This document shows positions 9,292-18,993 of a stretch of 64,000 nucleotides of DNA, piece after piece. The stretch comes from Lentisphaeria bacterium (lineage in GTDB: Bacteria > Verrucomicrobiota > Lentisphaeria > Victivallales > UBA1829). The stretch spans positions 4,347 to 68,346 of the forward strand of contig JAFVTF010000074.1 of the NCBI GenBank assembly GCA_017503375.1, in the 5' to 3' direction. The first letter of the stretch is position 1, and the number at the start of each line of letters is the position of its first letter. A program made the translations under genes and the position numbers. The notes below the pieces were generated by a model. The model saw only the letters and a program-made list of their open reading frames with translations, did no database searches and was not told the DNA's origin.

Positions 9292-10026
9292 TTATCTGGC
9301 TTTGCTGATAAATGTAACCGGAACAATATTGTTCAATGCAGCTGCAAATTTTTCCATTGTTTCATCATCTGCGGGTGCAAGATCAGCGATTACTCCGGGA
9401 CGATCAAGGGTATTGAGTTGAATTGCATCCGGATGGATTTTCTCAACCAGCTTTTCAAACCGCGCCAGACTTTCATCGGAATCATTGATTCCAGGGGCAA
9501 TAAACATTTCCAAAGCCATATAGATTCCCGGATAAATCCGATGAAATTCCGCAATGCCATCCACCAGTTTTTCCAACGTTTCACCCCGTACCGGACGGTT
9601 GATTTTAAGGTATTCCTCTTCATTGGAAGCGTCCAGCGATGGAATGATCATATCCAATCCGGCAAGTTCCTGCTGAAGCACTTTATCTTTCAAAAGCAAT
9701 CCGTTTGTGAGCAGGCAGACCTTGCTGCGGGAATGGAATTGTTTCAAATGATTGATGACTCTTCCAATACCGGAATTGAGTGTTGGTTCTCCAGCCCCGG
9801 AAAATGTAATATAATCCGGCATTGGAATTTCAGACAAGACCTGATCAATTTCCTCAAGAACCTCATTGATATCAACATATTCCTTGCGTTCAATCGTCAG
9901 GTTGGTTGTAGCTCGCGCTTCGCAGTAAATACAGTCCAAAGGACAAACTTTCGGAATGATTAAATCCACACCCAGAGATTTTCCCAGCCGGCGGGAGTTT
10001 ATCGGCCCGTAAATATGTTTTCTCAT
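9292..10026 (-). CDS. radical SAM protein (TYW1-like/COG0731 type)
   Basis: YGPINSRRLGKSLGVD, CPLDCIYC (CxxxCxxC), TFSGAGEPTL, LLTNG; start placed at ATG 10026. Confidence 0.88.
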   Translation of the reverse strand: MRKHIYGPINSRRLGKSLGVDLIIPKVCPLDCIYCEARATTNLTIERKEYVDINEVLEEIDQVLSEIPMPDYITFSGAGEPTLNSGIGRVINHLKQFHSRSKVCLLTNGLLLKDKVLQQELAGLDMIIPSLDASNEEEYLKINRPVRGETLEKLVDGIAEFHRIYPGIYMALEMFIAPGINDSDESLARFEKLVEKIHPDAIQLNTLDRPGVIADLAPADDETMEKFAAALNNIVPVTFISKAR

Positions 10027-10175
10027 CAAGAAACACTCCGTAATTTTTCTATCTTCAAACAGGAACAATACCTGAGTAAGAACGTATCGTATAACTGGGT
10101 AATATATCTCTGTTGCGGTCGATTTGCAAATGAAAAGTGATTTTTATGGTTATATTTTTCTCTGAATCTCTGTTT

Positions 10176-10271
10176 CCCATAAGTGCTGGTAAACTTTTCT
10201 GATCTTTTAACCCAAAGATGATATTTCGATTTTGTATCGCAAAAACCGGAATGACGCAAAAAAAAAGGTTT
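10176..10271 (+). repeat. dispersed hairpin element, copy A (similar to 15529..15617)
   Basis: CCCATA..CTGGTAAA..TTAAC..AAGATG-[TATTTCGATTTTG TATCG CAAAAACCGGAATG]-ACGCAAAAAAAAAGGTT aligns by eye with copy B. Confidence 0.65.
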
Positions 10272-10288
10272 GAACAAGGGATGGGGGA

Positions 10289-10334
10289 GGGGAAGAAGGG
10301 AAAACTTTCCGGAAAAGTTCTTTTCTTCTTCCCC
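10289..10334. repeat. REP-like palindrome / possible terminator
   Basis: GGGGAAGAAG GGAA AACTTT CCGGA AAAGTT C TTTT CTTCTTCCCC, lying downstream of the FAD oxidoreductase gene. Confidence 0.7.
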
Positions 10335-10369
10335 GATCACAAATCAATCTTTAGGAGGAACTGTGCCTG

Positions 10370-11677
10370 TTATGAAAGAAAGGCTCCAATCGCTTCCAGC
10401 TGTTTGTGAATTTCAACTCCGGAAATTTCCGGAACAGGAATATTTTCTTTTACAGAATATGCTGCCGCGATACCGGCAGCCTGTCCGATGGAGCATACCG
10501 GAGGCATCACGCGGATACTGCTGTGAAGCGCATGGTCTACTGAAATTGCACGGCAGGCCATCAACAGGTTTTTGCTGCCTTCCGGAACAATCGCTCCAAA
10601 GCGGATTTCATACCAGTCTTTTCCGTCAATGCGCTGAATTTCCGTTCCTGTCCCGCTGGGATTATGAATATCAATCATATAATTGCAGCGGACGATGGAA
10701 TCGGGATACTTTGCCCGATTGAAGAAGTCTTCCTGCGTCTGATAAACCATTCCGCGGATTCTGCGGCTTTCCCGGATTCCCACATGAGATGCAATGGAAT
10801 GAAGTCTTGCATTTTCAAAACCGGAGACATATTTCCGGAAGAATGCAAGATATTCCCGGATCTGTTTTCTTCCTTCAATTTCCGCTTCGGAAAGTTCAAC
10901 TGCATTGACACCGCTCTTTTTGACAATACGGGTTGTATTGAAGTGGATCACATCGTTATCCAGCATATAGAAGTAGAGAACATTTTCGCGGAGACAGTCA
11001 ATTTCTCCTCTTGCTTTTGCTTCATCATACAGACGGTTGATTTCTGTGCGTTCAGGCATCCGGTCTTTATCAACATGACTGAGTTTGAAGCAGGTTGTCA
11101 TTGGCTGACAGTAGCCTTCTTCATTCCCGAATTCCTGTTTGCATCCGGCAAGAACTGCCAGGTCTCCATCGCCTGTGGCATCAATAAAAACTTTGCTTTC
11201 GATTGCAGCTAATCCGGATTTTGACTGGAAAACAGCATATTTGATTTTCCCATCTTCTTTGATAACATCAGCCAATGTATGATGATAAAGAATTTTTGCT
11301 CCTGCTTCAAAGATCATATCTTCCATTGCAAGCATGGCATCTTCTTTGACGATGGGGAATACTCTGTATTCCTGAATGGGAGGAACGTTTTTCCGTTCTT
11401 TATCTGTCCGGTATTTTTCCATCTGTCTGCACCATTCAAGGTAAACAGGTCTGTCCAGGGCTTTTCCATCGCAATGATTGGGCATGAAGGGGGTGACTTC
11501 ACCATGGAAAGCCATGCCTCCGAGGCATCCGTAACGTTCCACGAGCAAAGTTTTTGCTCCGTTTCTGGCAGCCATCACCGCGGCACCGAGACCGCCCGGT
11601 CCACCGCCGACAACCAGAACATCTGTTTCAGCAATAACGGGAATCTGCATATCTTTGTTGTAGGAAATTTTTTTCAT
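10370..11677 (-). CDS. FAD-dependent oxidoreductase (FAD_oxidored/PF12831 type)
   Basis: DVLVVGGGPGG, LVERYGCLGG, FIDATGDGDLA, GIRESRRI, YMIDIHNP, IRVMPPVCSIGQAAG. Confidence 0.9.
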   Translation of the reverse strand: MKKISYNKDMQIPVIAETDVLVVGGGPGGLGAAVMAARNGAKTLLVERYGCLGGMAFHGEVTPFMPNHCDGKALDRPVYLEWCRQMEKYRTDKERKNVPPIQEYRVFPIVKEDAMLAMEDMIFEAGAKILYHHTLADVIKEDGKIKYAVFQSKSGLAAIESKVFIDATGDGDLAVLAGCKQEFGNEEGYCQPMTTCFKLSHVDKDRMPERTEINRLYDEAKARGEIDCLRENVLYFYMLDNDVIHFNTTRIVKKSGVNAVELSEAEIEGRKQIREYLAFFRKYVSGFENARLHSIASHVGIRESRRIRGMVYQTQEDFFNRAKYPDSIVRCNYMIDIHNPSGTGTEIQRIDGKDWYEIRFGAIVPEGSKNLLMACRAISVDHALHSSIRVMPPVCSIGQAAGIAAAYSVKENIPVPEISGVEIHKQLEAIGAFLS

Positions 11678-11759
11678 TTCAACTCCTTTTTGTATAATTG
11701 TGTCGGAACTAATATATAACAGCGGGAGGACTTTTTCAAGTGATCCCGCTACGGAATTA

Positions 11760-14612
11760 TTATTTTTTTACCGGAATAATGCAAGCTCTGTCAAGAAATA
11801 CCCGGTTTTTCTTTTTTGAACCTTGAACATATGCCGGTCCTTCAAACTTTACGGATGTCCAGATTTGATATTTACCAGGTTTGACGGATGAATCTTTCAG
11901 TCTTACTCCGATATGCCAGCTTGAAGTTGCCCAGATTTGAGTGTTTGTTCCAATTTCAAATTCTCCAAGTGAAACCCAATGATATTTTTCATCGGTTGGT
12001 ACTTTATTCAGAGAGATTGTTTTCTGCCGTTTCGCTTTGCTGTCATACAATCCCAGGCGAACAGGCATTTTGTGGAACGTCTGATCCGCCGGCTGAAAAA
12101 CGGCAGCTGTTGCAAGAATGGAATCCACATCGGTTTTGATTTGGCTTGTTGTTTTATGTGCGATTAAAGCCTTTGTTCCGAAACAGAACACATTCTGCCT
12201 GTCAATACCTGATGGAAGATCAGCGAAGACTTCTGTGACGGTTGAGCCTGCCGGTTGCTGTTTTTCCCGGGCAAGAAATGCTCTGTCAAAGTAAATCGCA
12301 TTCGGTTTTGAGGAACCTTTGACATAAGTTGGTCCTTCAAATTTCAAAGAAACCCAGATTTCATAGAAATTCGGATTTTCTTCGTCCTTTAATCCGTCAG
12401 AGGAAATGAAAGTATCACGCAGAGTCATTGTGATATGCCAGAACTCTGTCAGCCAGATTTTTGTGCTGGTGCCGATCTTGAATGTTCCTATCTTGTGCCA
12501 ATGATATTTTTCATCCTGCGGAATATCGGTTATCGAAGTTGTCATCTGCCGTTTTGTTGAACCATCGAACATTCCGATTTTGACAGGTGTTTTATGATAT
12601 TTCTTATTTACCGGATTGAAGACTGCAGCTTTTCCTAGAGATGATTCCGGATCCGCTTTGATCTTGGATGTGTCACGGTAGGCACTCAGACAGTTAGTCC
12701 CGAACAGTTTCAAGGTGTCAGCTTTGTATTTTTTATACTTTACTGGCAGGTCATCGAACTTGAGCTGCATGGAATATATCTCATCATTTTCCAGAAAATT
12801 GAGTGCTTTTTTCCGGAAGTTGTCTGTCAGAAGCTCAGTTTCCGCAATATAGTTTTTGATACAATCTGTATATTCCTTGACGTATTTATCCATAGAAACA
12901 CCTTCAATCGGAGTGTTTTTCAGGAATCTCAACCAGGCATAGCTCACAACAGCCAATTCATTTTTGATACGGGCCTGAACTATTTTTGAGGTTGTTTTTG
13001 TCAGGGCTGTACGAAGATAATTTTCACTTTTTTTCAGGAATTCAGCAGAGATGTAAGGAAAGTATTTGCTGTGAACGTCCGCAGCTGTAATATCGCATTC
13101 TCTGATGGATTTCCGCAGAAGAGCCAGATACTCTTTCATTTGCGGCGCGGCTTTTTCATAATAAGCGTCCATGAATTCATTTACAATTTCTTCCAGATCG
13201 CGGTCGGGGTTTTCCTGGAGTTTATAGCTGACATAATACTGGAGCCAGATAAAACTCTGAGGACGAAGCGAATAACGTGCTTCCCCGATTTCACACTCAT
13301 TCATGATATGCAGAACGCCCAAATCGCGGAAGGTTCTGATATCAGAAGCAATAGCATCAATACAAACTTCCGGCTGATCTCCGGTCGTCATATTCCAATA
13401 ATCCCAGATTGCCATGCGCGGAGAAAGTTTGCACCATCCTTTGATGTATTCCAGCTGGGCAGCATTTGTCTTATCTGTCAATGGTTTCAAACGGTTGGAA
13501 CGGACATAGAGGTCACACCACCAGACAATGACATTCGGTTCCGGTTTGATTCCTTGAGGCGGTTTTTCGGAATGCATGTACGCAAATGTCAAAATGGCGA
13601 TTTCCGGATGTTTTTTGCCGACTTCACGGGCAACACCATTCACAAATTCCAGCAGCAATCCGGAGTCCGTTCCATATTTTTTGATGATTGCCTGACATTT
13701 ATCGCAAAAACAGTAGAAATCCGCACAATCCTCTTGGGATAAATCATAGACCAATGCGTAATTATCCGGATTTTTTGCCTTATCTTCTTCAATCCAGCCA
13801 AGCAGCTGCTTTATGATCAGCTGTTGCATTTCTTTATTGGAAAGACAAAGCTGTCCGTTGGGCAGATATGCCCGTTTTCCTTCCGGAGTGACAGAGAAAT
13901 ATTCGGGATGCGTTTTGAAAAACTTTGCCGGGGGAACATGACGGTAAAAGCTGTGGCAAAGTCCGGTTTTTCTGGAATTTTTTCTGATGTAAGTTGAGTC
14001 TTCCCGGCGTTCACCGGAACGCTGTTTGAATTCATAAAGTTTGATATTTTCCAATCCTTTTTTGCCGGAAGGGTTGATTCCTGTGGCATTCCGGAACATT
14101 CCGTGGAAATTCCAGTATGCAAGGAATACGTATTTCTGGTCTTTCCGGAAAGCAGGAATGACAATGGTTTTCTTTTGCGGAACGGTTTCCGCTTCCGGTG
14201 AGAGATAACGGACTCCCAGCGCGTTTTCGAGAAAGTAATAAAGCGCATACATATCTCCGGTCAGAGAACCGCCGAAGAGATAAAGAGCTTTGTCATTGCA
14301 AAGAACAGACCAGTCCCGTTTTTTCATTCCGGAACGTTTGAATCCGGCTTTTGCAGCGGCTTTTGTATTTCCAAGAAAAACAGCAGGCTGTTTTCCGGAA
14401 TATTCACTTTCTTTAAGAACCTTGAAATCAGCACCTGTGATTTTTTTCAGATAATCTGCAGCTTCTCTGGGCAGAATATTGATTCCTTCCCAGAGTTCAG
14501 GGGAGTCCGGATAAACAATCACACATTCAGCTTTTCCATTCTTTGCAATAGGAAATGCTGCAAAAACGGAAAATGACAGAACAGAAAAAATAAGCAATAA
14601 AAAATGTTTCAT
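11760..14612 (-). CDS. secreted DUF4838-type protein with a duplicated C-terminal beta domain
   Basis: Signal peptide; HSFY...HPEYF...QLCLSN, LSQED...CFCDKC, LTFAY, IWDYW pattern; start placed at ATG 14612 with GGAG RBS. Confidence 0.75.
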   Translation of the reverse strand: MKHFLLLIFSVLSFSVFAAFPIAKNGKAECVIVYPDSPELWEGINILPREAADYLKKITGADFKVLKESEYSGKQPAVFLGNTKAAAKAGFKRSGMKKRDWSVLCNDKALYLFGGSLTGDMYALYYFLENALGVRYLSPEAETVPQKKTIVIPAFRKDQKYVFLAYWNFHGMFRNATGINPSGKKGLENIKLYEFKQRSGERREDSTYIRKNSRKTGLCHSFYRHVPPAKFFKTHPEYFSVTPEGKRAYLPNGQLCLSNKEMQQLIIKQLLGWIEEDKAKNPDNYALVYDLSQEDCADFYCFCDKCQAIIKKYGTDSGLLLEFVNGVAREVGKKHPEIAILTFAYMHSEKPPQGIKPEPNVIVWWCDLYVRSNRLKPLTDKTNAAQLEYIKGWCKLSPRMAIWDYWNMTTGDQPEVCIDAIASDIRTFRDLGVLHIMNECEIGEARYSLRPQSFIWLQYYVSYKLQENPDRDLEEIVNEFMDAYYEKAAPQMKEYLALLRKSIRECDITAADVHSKYFPYISAEFLKKSENYLRTALTKTTSKIVQARIKNELAVVSYAWLRFLKNTPIEGVSMDKYVKEYTDCIKNYIAETELLTDNFRKKALNFLENDEIYSMQLKFDDLPVKYKKYKADTLKLFGTNCLSAYRDTSKIKADPESSLGKAAVFNPVNKKYHKTPVKIGMFDGSTKRQMTTSITDIPQDEKYHWHKIGTFKIGTSTKIWLTEFWHITMTLRDTFISSDGLKDEENPNFYEIWVSLKFEGPTYVKGSSKPNAIYFDRAFLAREKQQPAGSTVTEVFADLPSGIDRQNVFCFGTKALIAHKTTSQIKTDVDSILATAAVFQPADQTFHKMPVRLGLYDSKAKRQKTISLNKVPTDEKYHWVSLGEFEIGTNTQIWATSSWHIGVRLKDSSVKPGKYQIWTSVKFEGPAYVQGSKKKNRVFLDRACIIPVKK

Positions 14613-14627
14613 ATTGCGAGTCTCCAA

Positions 14628-15359
14628 TTATAACCAGTATCCGGAAATTTCATTTCTGTAAGCATCAAGGTAAACCAGAGTATAATAAGCATTCAGGTAC
14701 TTATACTCGGCAAGAAATGTTGCTGCAAGTTCCTGCGGAGTAGAAACGGGCTCTGCATGACCATCAAGAAAAATTTGGTTTGCTGCCTTGGAATGTGCCA
14801 TATAGACACGTCCATCACTTTTGGCTTTCAAACTGTTAATGATTGCGACTGTTGCAATCTGTTCGTTTTTTGTAACGTTCATAGAATCGGTGGCATAGAA
14901 GAAATGATGAGGTTCGCGGACTTTTTTTGCAATGATAAAAACATTATTGTCAGCCCCCTTGACGCGCATTCCTGTTGGAATGAAATCAAATGTTCTTGCT
15001 CCGTAAGAATACCAGATATTCCACTTGGAACTGTTTCCGCCTATAACAGCTTTGTAAGGATGAGAAGATGGACAGAGCATCATATCAGCCTGATTTGGAA
15101 TGAAGCCTTTGTCGACATAAAAACCAGCCCACTGACCGTTGCTTTCGAGAGAAATAATATAACCATCGTTATCATTTGCGTACATGCTGGCAAAGAGTCC
15201 GATCTGTTTCAAGTTGTTCAAACATGCACTTGCCTGACCTTTTGCTCTGGCATTGTTCAATGCGGGCAGGAGCATTCCGGCAAGAATTGCAATGATTGCA
15301 ATCACGACGAGCAGCTCAATCAAAGTAAATTGTTTTCTTTGCCACAGTTTCTTTTTCAT
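14628..15359 (-). CDS. prepilin-type N-methylation domain protein with C-terminal H-X9-DG motif
   Basis: [24 protein letters not shown]...CLNNLKQIG...[13 protein letters not shown]. Confidence 0.9.
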   Translation of the reverse strand: MKKKLWQRKQFTLIELLVVIAIIAILAGMLLPALNNARAKGQASACLNNLKQIGLFASMYANDNDGYIISLESNGQWAGFYVDKGFIPNQADMMLCPSSHPYKAVIGGNSSKWNIWYSYGARTFDFIPTGMRVKGADNNVFIIAKKVREPHHFFYATDSMNVTKNEQIATVAIINSLKAKSDGRVYMAHSKAANQIFLDGHAEPVSTPQELAATFLAEYKYLNAYYTLVYLDAYRNEISGYWL

Positions 15360-15528
15360 GATTTTTCCTTTCTTTGAAAAAAATCTTTTTTTGTGATTCT
15401 AAAGAGGTGTTTGTTTTTGCTTATATTTAAGTATACATCAACTTTCTTGATTTGTAAATGGTAATTTTGTGATAAAAACAGATAATTTTGTTACAATCCA
15501 TATTCAACGCAATTTTTTTAGCTCTGTC

Positions 15529-15617
15529 CACATATGGGTTGGTAAATCCTTCCACTTAACTTTAAGATGGCATTTTGATTTTTGTACTGCAAAAATCGGA
15601 ATGCCGCAAAAAGGTTG
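15529..15617 (+). repeat. dispersed hairpin element, copy B
   Basis: CACATA..TTGGTAAA..TTAAC..AAGAT-[GGCATTTTGATTTTTG TACTG CAAAAATCGGAATGCC]-GCAAAAAGGTT; 16-bp stem with G-U pairs. Confidence 0.65.
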
Positions 15618-15701
15618 GGGGAATCCTCCTCCGCACAAGGCTAAGGAACAACCTTTATTGGGAACTGAGCCATTTTTTTTTAGCGGTTTTTCTGATTTCA
15701 C

Positions 15702-15729
15702 TTGAAATTTTCCGGCTTCTGATTATATT
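15702..15729 (+). promoter_or_regulatory. putative promoter of the AraC gene
   Basis: TTGAAA-N16-TATATT. Confidence 0.55.
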
Positions 15730-15761
15730 TTGTCAGTAAATATTTCCCGGAAGGAAAACTT

Positions 15762-16622
15762 ATGTCTGATCAAAAAATAATTGCAAAAGCGTATGACACA
15801 ATGGAAAAAAAGCATATACCGTTTTCTGTCAGAGTTCCGGTAAACCGGCAGGCTCGATTTACAATGGTTGCCCTGTTCCGGGAGAGTGTTGAGTTCATCC
15901 GGGATTATACTCTTCCATTTAATTTGATTTCTGTCTGTATCCGTTCAGAAGGAGCAAATGCTTCTGTTGTCCGGAATTTGAAGACGAACGAAGAATATTC
16001 AAGCGAACCGGGAGTGATTACGTTATGTCCATGCAATTTGTCGCAACGTTATCATCATACACTGAGGAACGAACATATTGCAATTCATTTCAAACTGGAA
16101 CTGTTCCCGGGGGTGGATGTGTTTTCCGGACAGCAGCATGTCTATTTTGAACGATCTCCGGAGATGATGCATGAAGTTCAGGAGATTTTTGAAACCGAGG
16201 ATCCTGTTCTGAAAATTTCCAGAAGTCAGGAGTTCGCATTACGGTTCTGTCACCGGCATTGGCCGGAATATTATGCGTTTGAAATCAAAGAGATGCAGCG
16301 TTTTTGCGATGTTCTCTGGTTTATCCGGGAAAAGGCTGATGCTTCAACATCTGTTGCTGAATTGGCGAAGATCATGCACATGCCGGAATCAAGTTTTTTC
16401 CGGGAGTTCCATGAAGTGTTCAATATTTCTCCGAAAAAATTTCTTCAACAGGAAATTTTCAACAAAGCGGCTCAGCTTCTTCTGATGCCGGAAGTGTCCG
16501 TTAAACTGACTGCTGCTCAATTGAATTTTTCCAATGAGTTTTATTTTTCACATTTCTTCAAGCGTCACAGCGGAGTTTCTCCTAAAAAATATAGGGAAAC
16601 TCATACAGATTCTATTCAATAA
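15762..16622 (+). CDS. AraC-family transcriptional regulator
   Basis: C-terminal SVAELAKIMHMPESSFFREF...SVKLTAAQLNFSNEFYFSHFFKRHSGVSPKKYR. Confidence 0.92.
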   Translation: MSDQKIIAKAYDTMEKKHIPFSVRVPVNRQARFTMVALFRESVEFIRDYTLPFNLISVCIRSEGANASVVRNLKTNEEYSSEPGVITLCPCNLSQRYHHTLRNEHIAIHFKLELFPGVDVFSGQQHVYFERSPEMMHEVQEIFETEDPVLKISRSQEFALRFCHRHWPEYYAFEIKEMQRFCDVLWFIREKADASTSVAELAKIMHMPESSFFREFHEVFNISPKKFLQQEIFNKAAQLLLMPEVSVKLTAAQLNFSNEFYFSHFFKRHSGVSPKKYRETHTDSIQ

Positions 16623-16734
16623 CTCATTTGTTTGATAGAAAATCGTATGCTTTTTTAGGAAAAAAACATTCCAATATCCGTAATCCCAATGTATATTATT
16701 CTCAGAAAAAAAATATTACAGGGAGGATTTTTTC

Positions 16735-18981
16735 ATGAATAAATATCAGAATTTGCGTGATGAAGTTAGAGCATATTGTCCGGATGCAGTTGTTTTTGAA
16801 CGGTGTAAAGAGAAAGAACAATTGGATGCATTTGCCCGTATCAAAGAGAAAATGGATGATTATTACAGGAAATATCCTGATTCCAATGCAATGGAAATGC
16901 GGCGGAAATATTATCAGATCGCAAGTGATGAAATCATTCCGAAACTGTTTCTCAATTCTCCTTTTTATTTTTCCCTTGGAATCAATGGAGGTTGGCTGGA
17001 ACATCCCGGAACGTGGTTCCATGAAAATTTTCAAAGCGAAGTCCTGGCAAAAAATGTTCCGCAGGAAGATTTGAATCATTTTATGAATCGTCGTAATGAA
17101 CATTTCATGCTTTGCTGCGGAGCTTATGTAGATTCTATTCATCATCTGCTGCCCTTGACAAAAATGCTGAAAAAAGGGATTTCCGGAATTTATGCCGAAG
17201 TTCAGGAAGAGTTGCAAAACGTGATGTCTGAAGAAGAACGTTTGTTTCTGGAAACCGCTGCAGACGGACTTTTGGCTGTGCAGAAAATTCAATTGAAATT
17301 TCATAAAAAAGCCCTTGAAAAACTTCAGGATCCGACTCTTACAGCAGATCAGAAAAAATTCATGCAGATGGCTGCCGATGCTTCCAAACGCGTTCCGTGG
17401 GAAGCACCCCGAACCTTCTTTGAAGGTTTGAACCTTTTCTTCTTTGCACGGGAATGTTTCGGCTTGCTTGATTCTCTGAAAGTTTATTCCCTCGGCAATC
17501 CGGACAGTATGCTTTATGATTTTTATCAGGCGGATCTTGCCGCCGGAAGAATTACGAAAGATGAGGCGTACGATCTCCTTTGCCGATTTATGGTCATCAG
17601 CGATGCTCATTATGATGGAATGAGAACAGTTTCTCTTTACGGAGACCATGAACTGGAACAGCCGGTAACAATCGGCGGCTGTGATAAAGATGGAATCCCT
17701 GTCTTCAATGAACTCACCAGAATGATCATAGAAGGACACCGGGAAAATGATCTGGTTTTCCCGAAGCTTCATTGCCGGATCGGAAAAAATTCCCCGAAAG
17801 AGTATTTCGATGAACTGGCAAAAGATGTCGGCAACAGCCGCTGCGTGCATACTCTTTTCAATGATGATGTCATTATTCCCGGTTTGATCAGCCGGGGACG
17901 GACTCCGGAAGAGGCACGCCGTTACTGTTGCTGCGGTTGTTGGGATGGTTTTGTTGATGGTGTGGAAAATGCTGATGTTGCCAATTATTACAGTCTTGCA
18001 CGTGTTTTAGAGGCAATGATTTATCAAGATCCCGGTTTGAATGAAAAAATCGGATATGTTTTTGAACCGCTTGATGATGCCGCATCCCCTGTAGAGTTCC
18101 GCGACCGGGTTTGTCGTGCTATCAGAGAATGTCTGCGGTGTATGTTGAAGGATTTGACGGAATATGGAAAACTTTATTCTCAAATCTCTCCGCATCCGGC
18201 ATATTCTGTCGGTCTTGACGGCTGCATTAAGAACCGGAAAGACGATACTGCCGGCGGCGCAGATGTCAATACCCGCGTGATCACTTTGGCATTTCTTCCC
18301 AATGTTATTGATTCCATCCTTGCAGTAAAACGTATTTGTTTTGACTTGAAACTTTGTTCAGTCAAAGATTTTCTGGATGTTGTCCGGAACAATTGGGAGG
18401 GCAGGGAAGAGCTCCGTCAGGAAGCAATGCGTGCATCCTACTGGGGCGATGATAAAACAGAATCCAAAGAGTTGGGAAAATATATTCTGGATGTTCTGTT
18501 TGACAGTGTCAAAGATTTGAAAAATGAGCGCGGCGGAACCTATGAATTTTCCATTTGGATTTACCGGGAATTCCGTTACTGGGGAGAACAGATGAGAGCT
18601 TTGCCGGATGGCAGACGGAACGGAGATCCCCTCGCACAGGCGTTGAATCCTTCTGATTTCCGTAACCATGAAGAAATCACTACGACGATGAATGCATTGA
18701 CTTGTCTTGATTATTCAAAGCTCATTTCCAGTAATCTCAATTTGACTTTTTCCAAAGAAAAGATCACTCCGCCGATTCTTTCCGCTTTGTTCAAAACCTT
18801 TATCGACAAGGAGTTGCATCTGTTACAGCCAAACTGTTTTTCAAAAGCGGAACTGGAAGATGCCATGATTCATCCGGAAGATCACAAGAATCTGATTGTG
18901 AAAGTCTGCGGATTCTCAGCCAGATTCGTTGCACTGGAACCTCAATGGCAGAAAATCATCCTGAATCGTTATCAGTATTGA
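16735..18981 (+). CDS. glycyl radical enzyme (PFL-like family), substrate unknown
   Basis: PRTFFEGL, VTIGG, Cys loop YCCCGCWD, ALPDGRRNGDPL, C-terminal HKNLIVKVCGFSARF glycyl loop. Confidence 0.88.
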   Translation: MNKYQNLRDEVRAYCPDAVVFERCKEKEQLDAFARIKEKMDDYYRKYPDSNAMEMRRKYYQIASDEIIPKLFLNSPFYFSLGINGGWLEHPGTWFHENFQSEVLAKNVPQEDLNHFMNRRNEHFMLCCGAYVDSIHHLLPLTKMLKKGISGIYAEVQEELQNVMSEEERLFLETAADGLLAVQKIQLKFHKKALEKLQDPTLTADQKKFMQMAADASKRVPWEAPRTFFEGLNLFFFARECFGLLDSLKVYSLGNPDSMLYDFYQADLAAGRITKDEAYDLLCRFMVISDAHYDGMRTVSLYGDHELEQPVTIGGCDKDGIPVFNELTRMIIEGHRENDLVFPKLHCRIGKNSPKEYFDELAKDVGNSRCVHTLFNDDVIIPGLISRGRTPEEARRYCCCGCWDGFVDGVENADVANYYSLARVLEAMIYQDPGLNEKIGYVFEPLDDAASPVEFRDRVCRAIRECLRCMLKDLTEYGKLYSQISPHPAYSVGLDGCIKNRKDDTAGGADVNTRVITLAFLPNVIDSILAVKRICFDLKLCSVKDFLDVVRNNWEGREELRQEAMRASYWGDDKTESKELGKYILDVLFDSVKDLKNERGGTYEFSIWIYREFRYWGEQMRALPDGRRNGDPLAQALNPSDFRNHEEITTTMNALTCLDYSKLISSNLNLTFSKEKITPPILSALFKTFIDKELHLLQPNCFSKAELEDAMIHPEDHKNLIVKVCGFSARFVALEPQWQKIILNRYQY

Positions 18982-18993
18982 GGTTTTGAATCA

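Noticed and set aside
16702-17850. 382-aa minus-strand ORF
   Set aside because: It is antisense to the glycyl radical enzyme gene and has no recognisable motifs.
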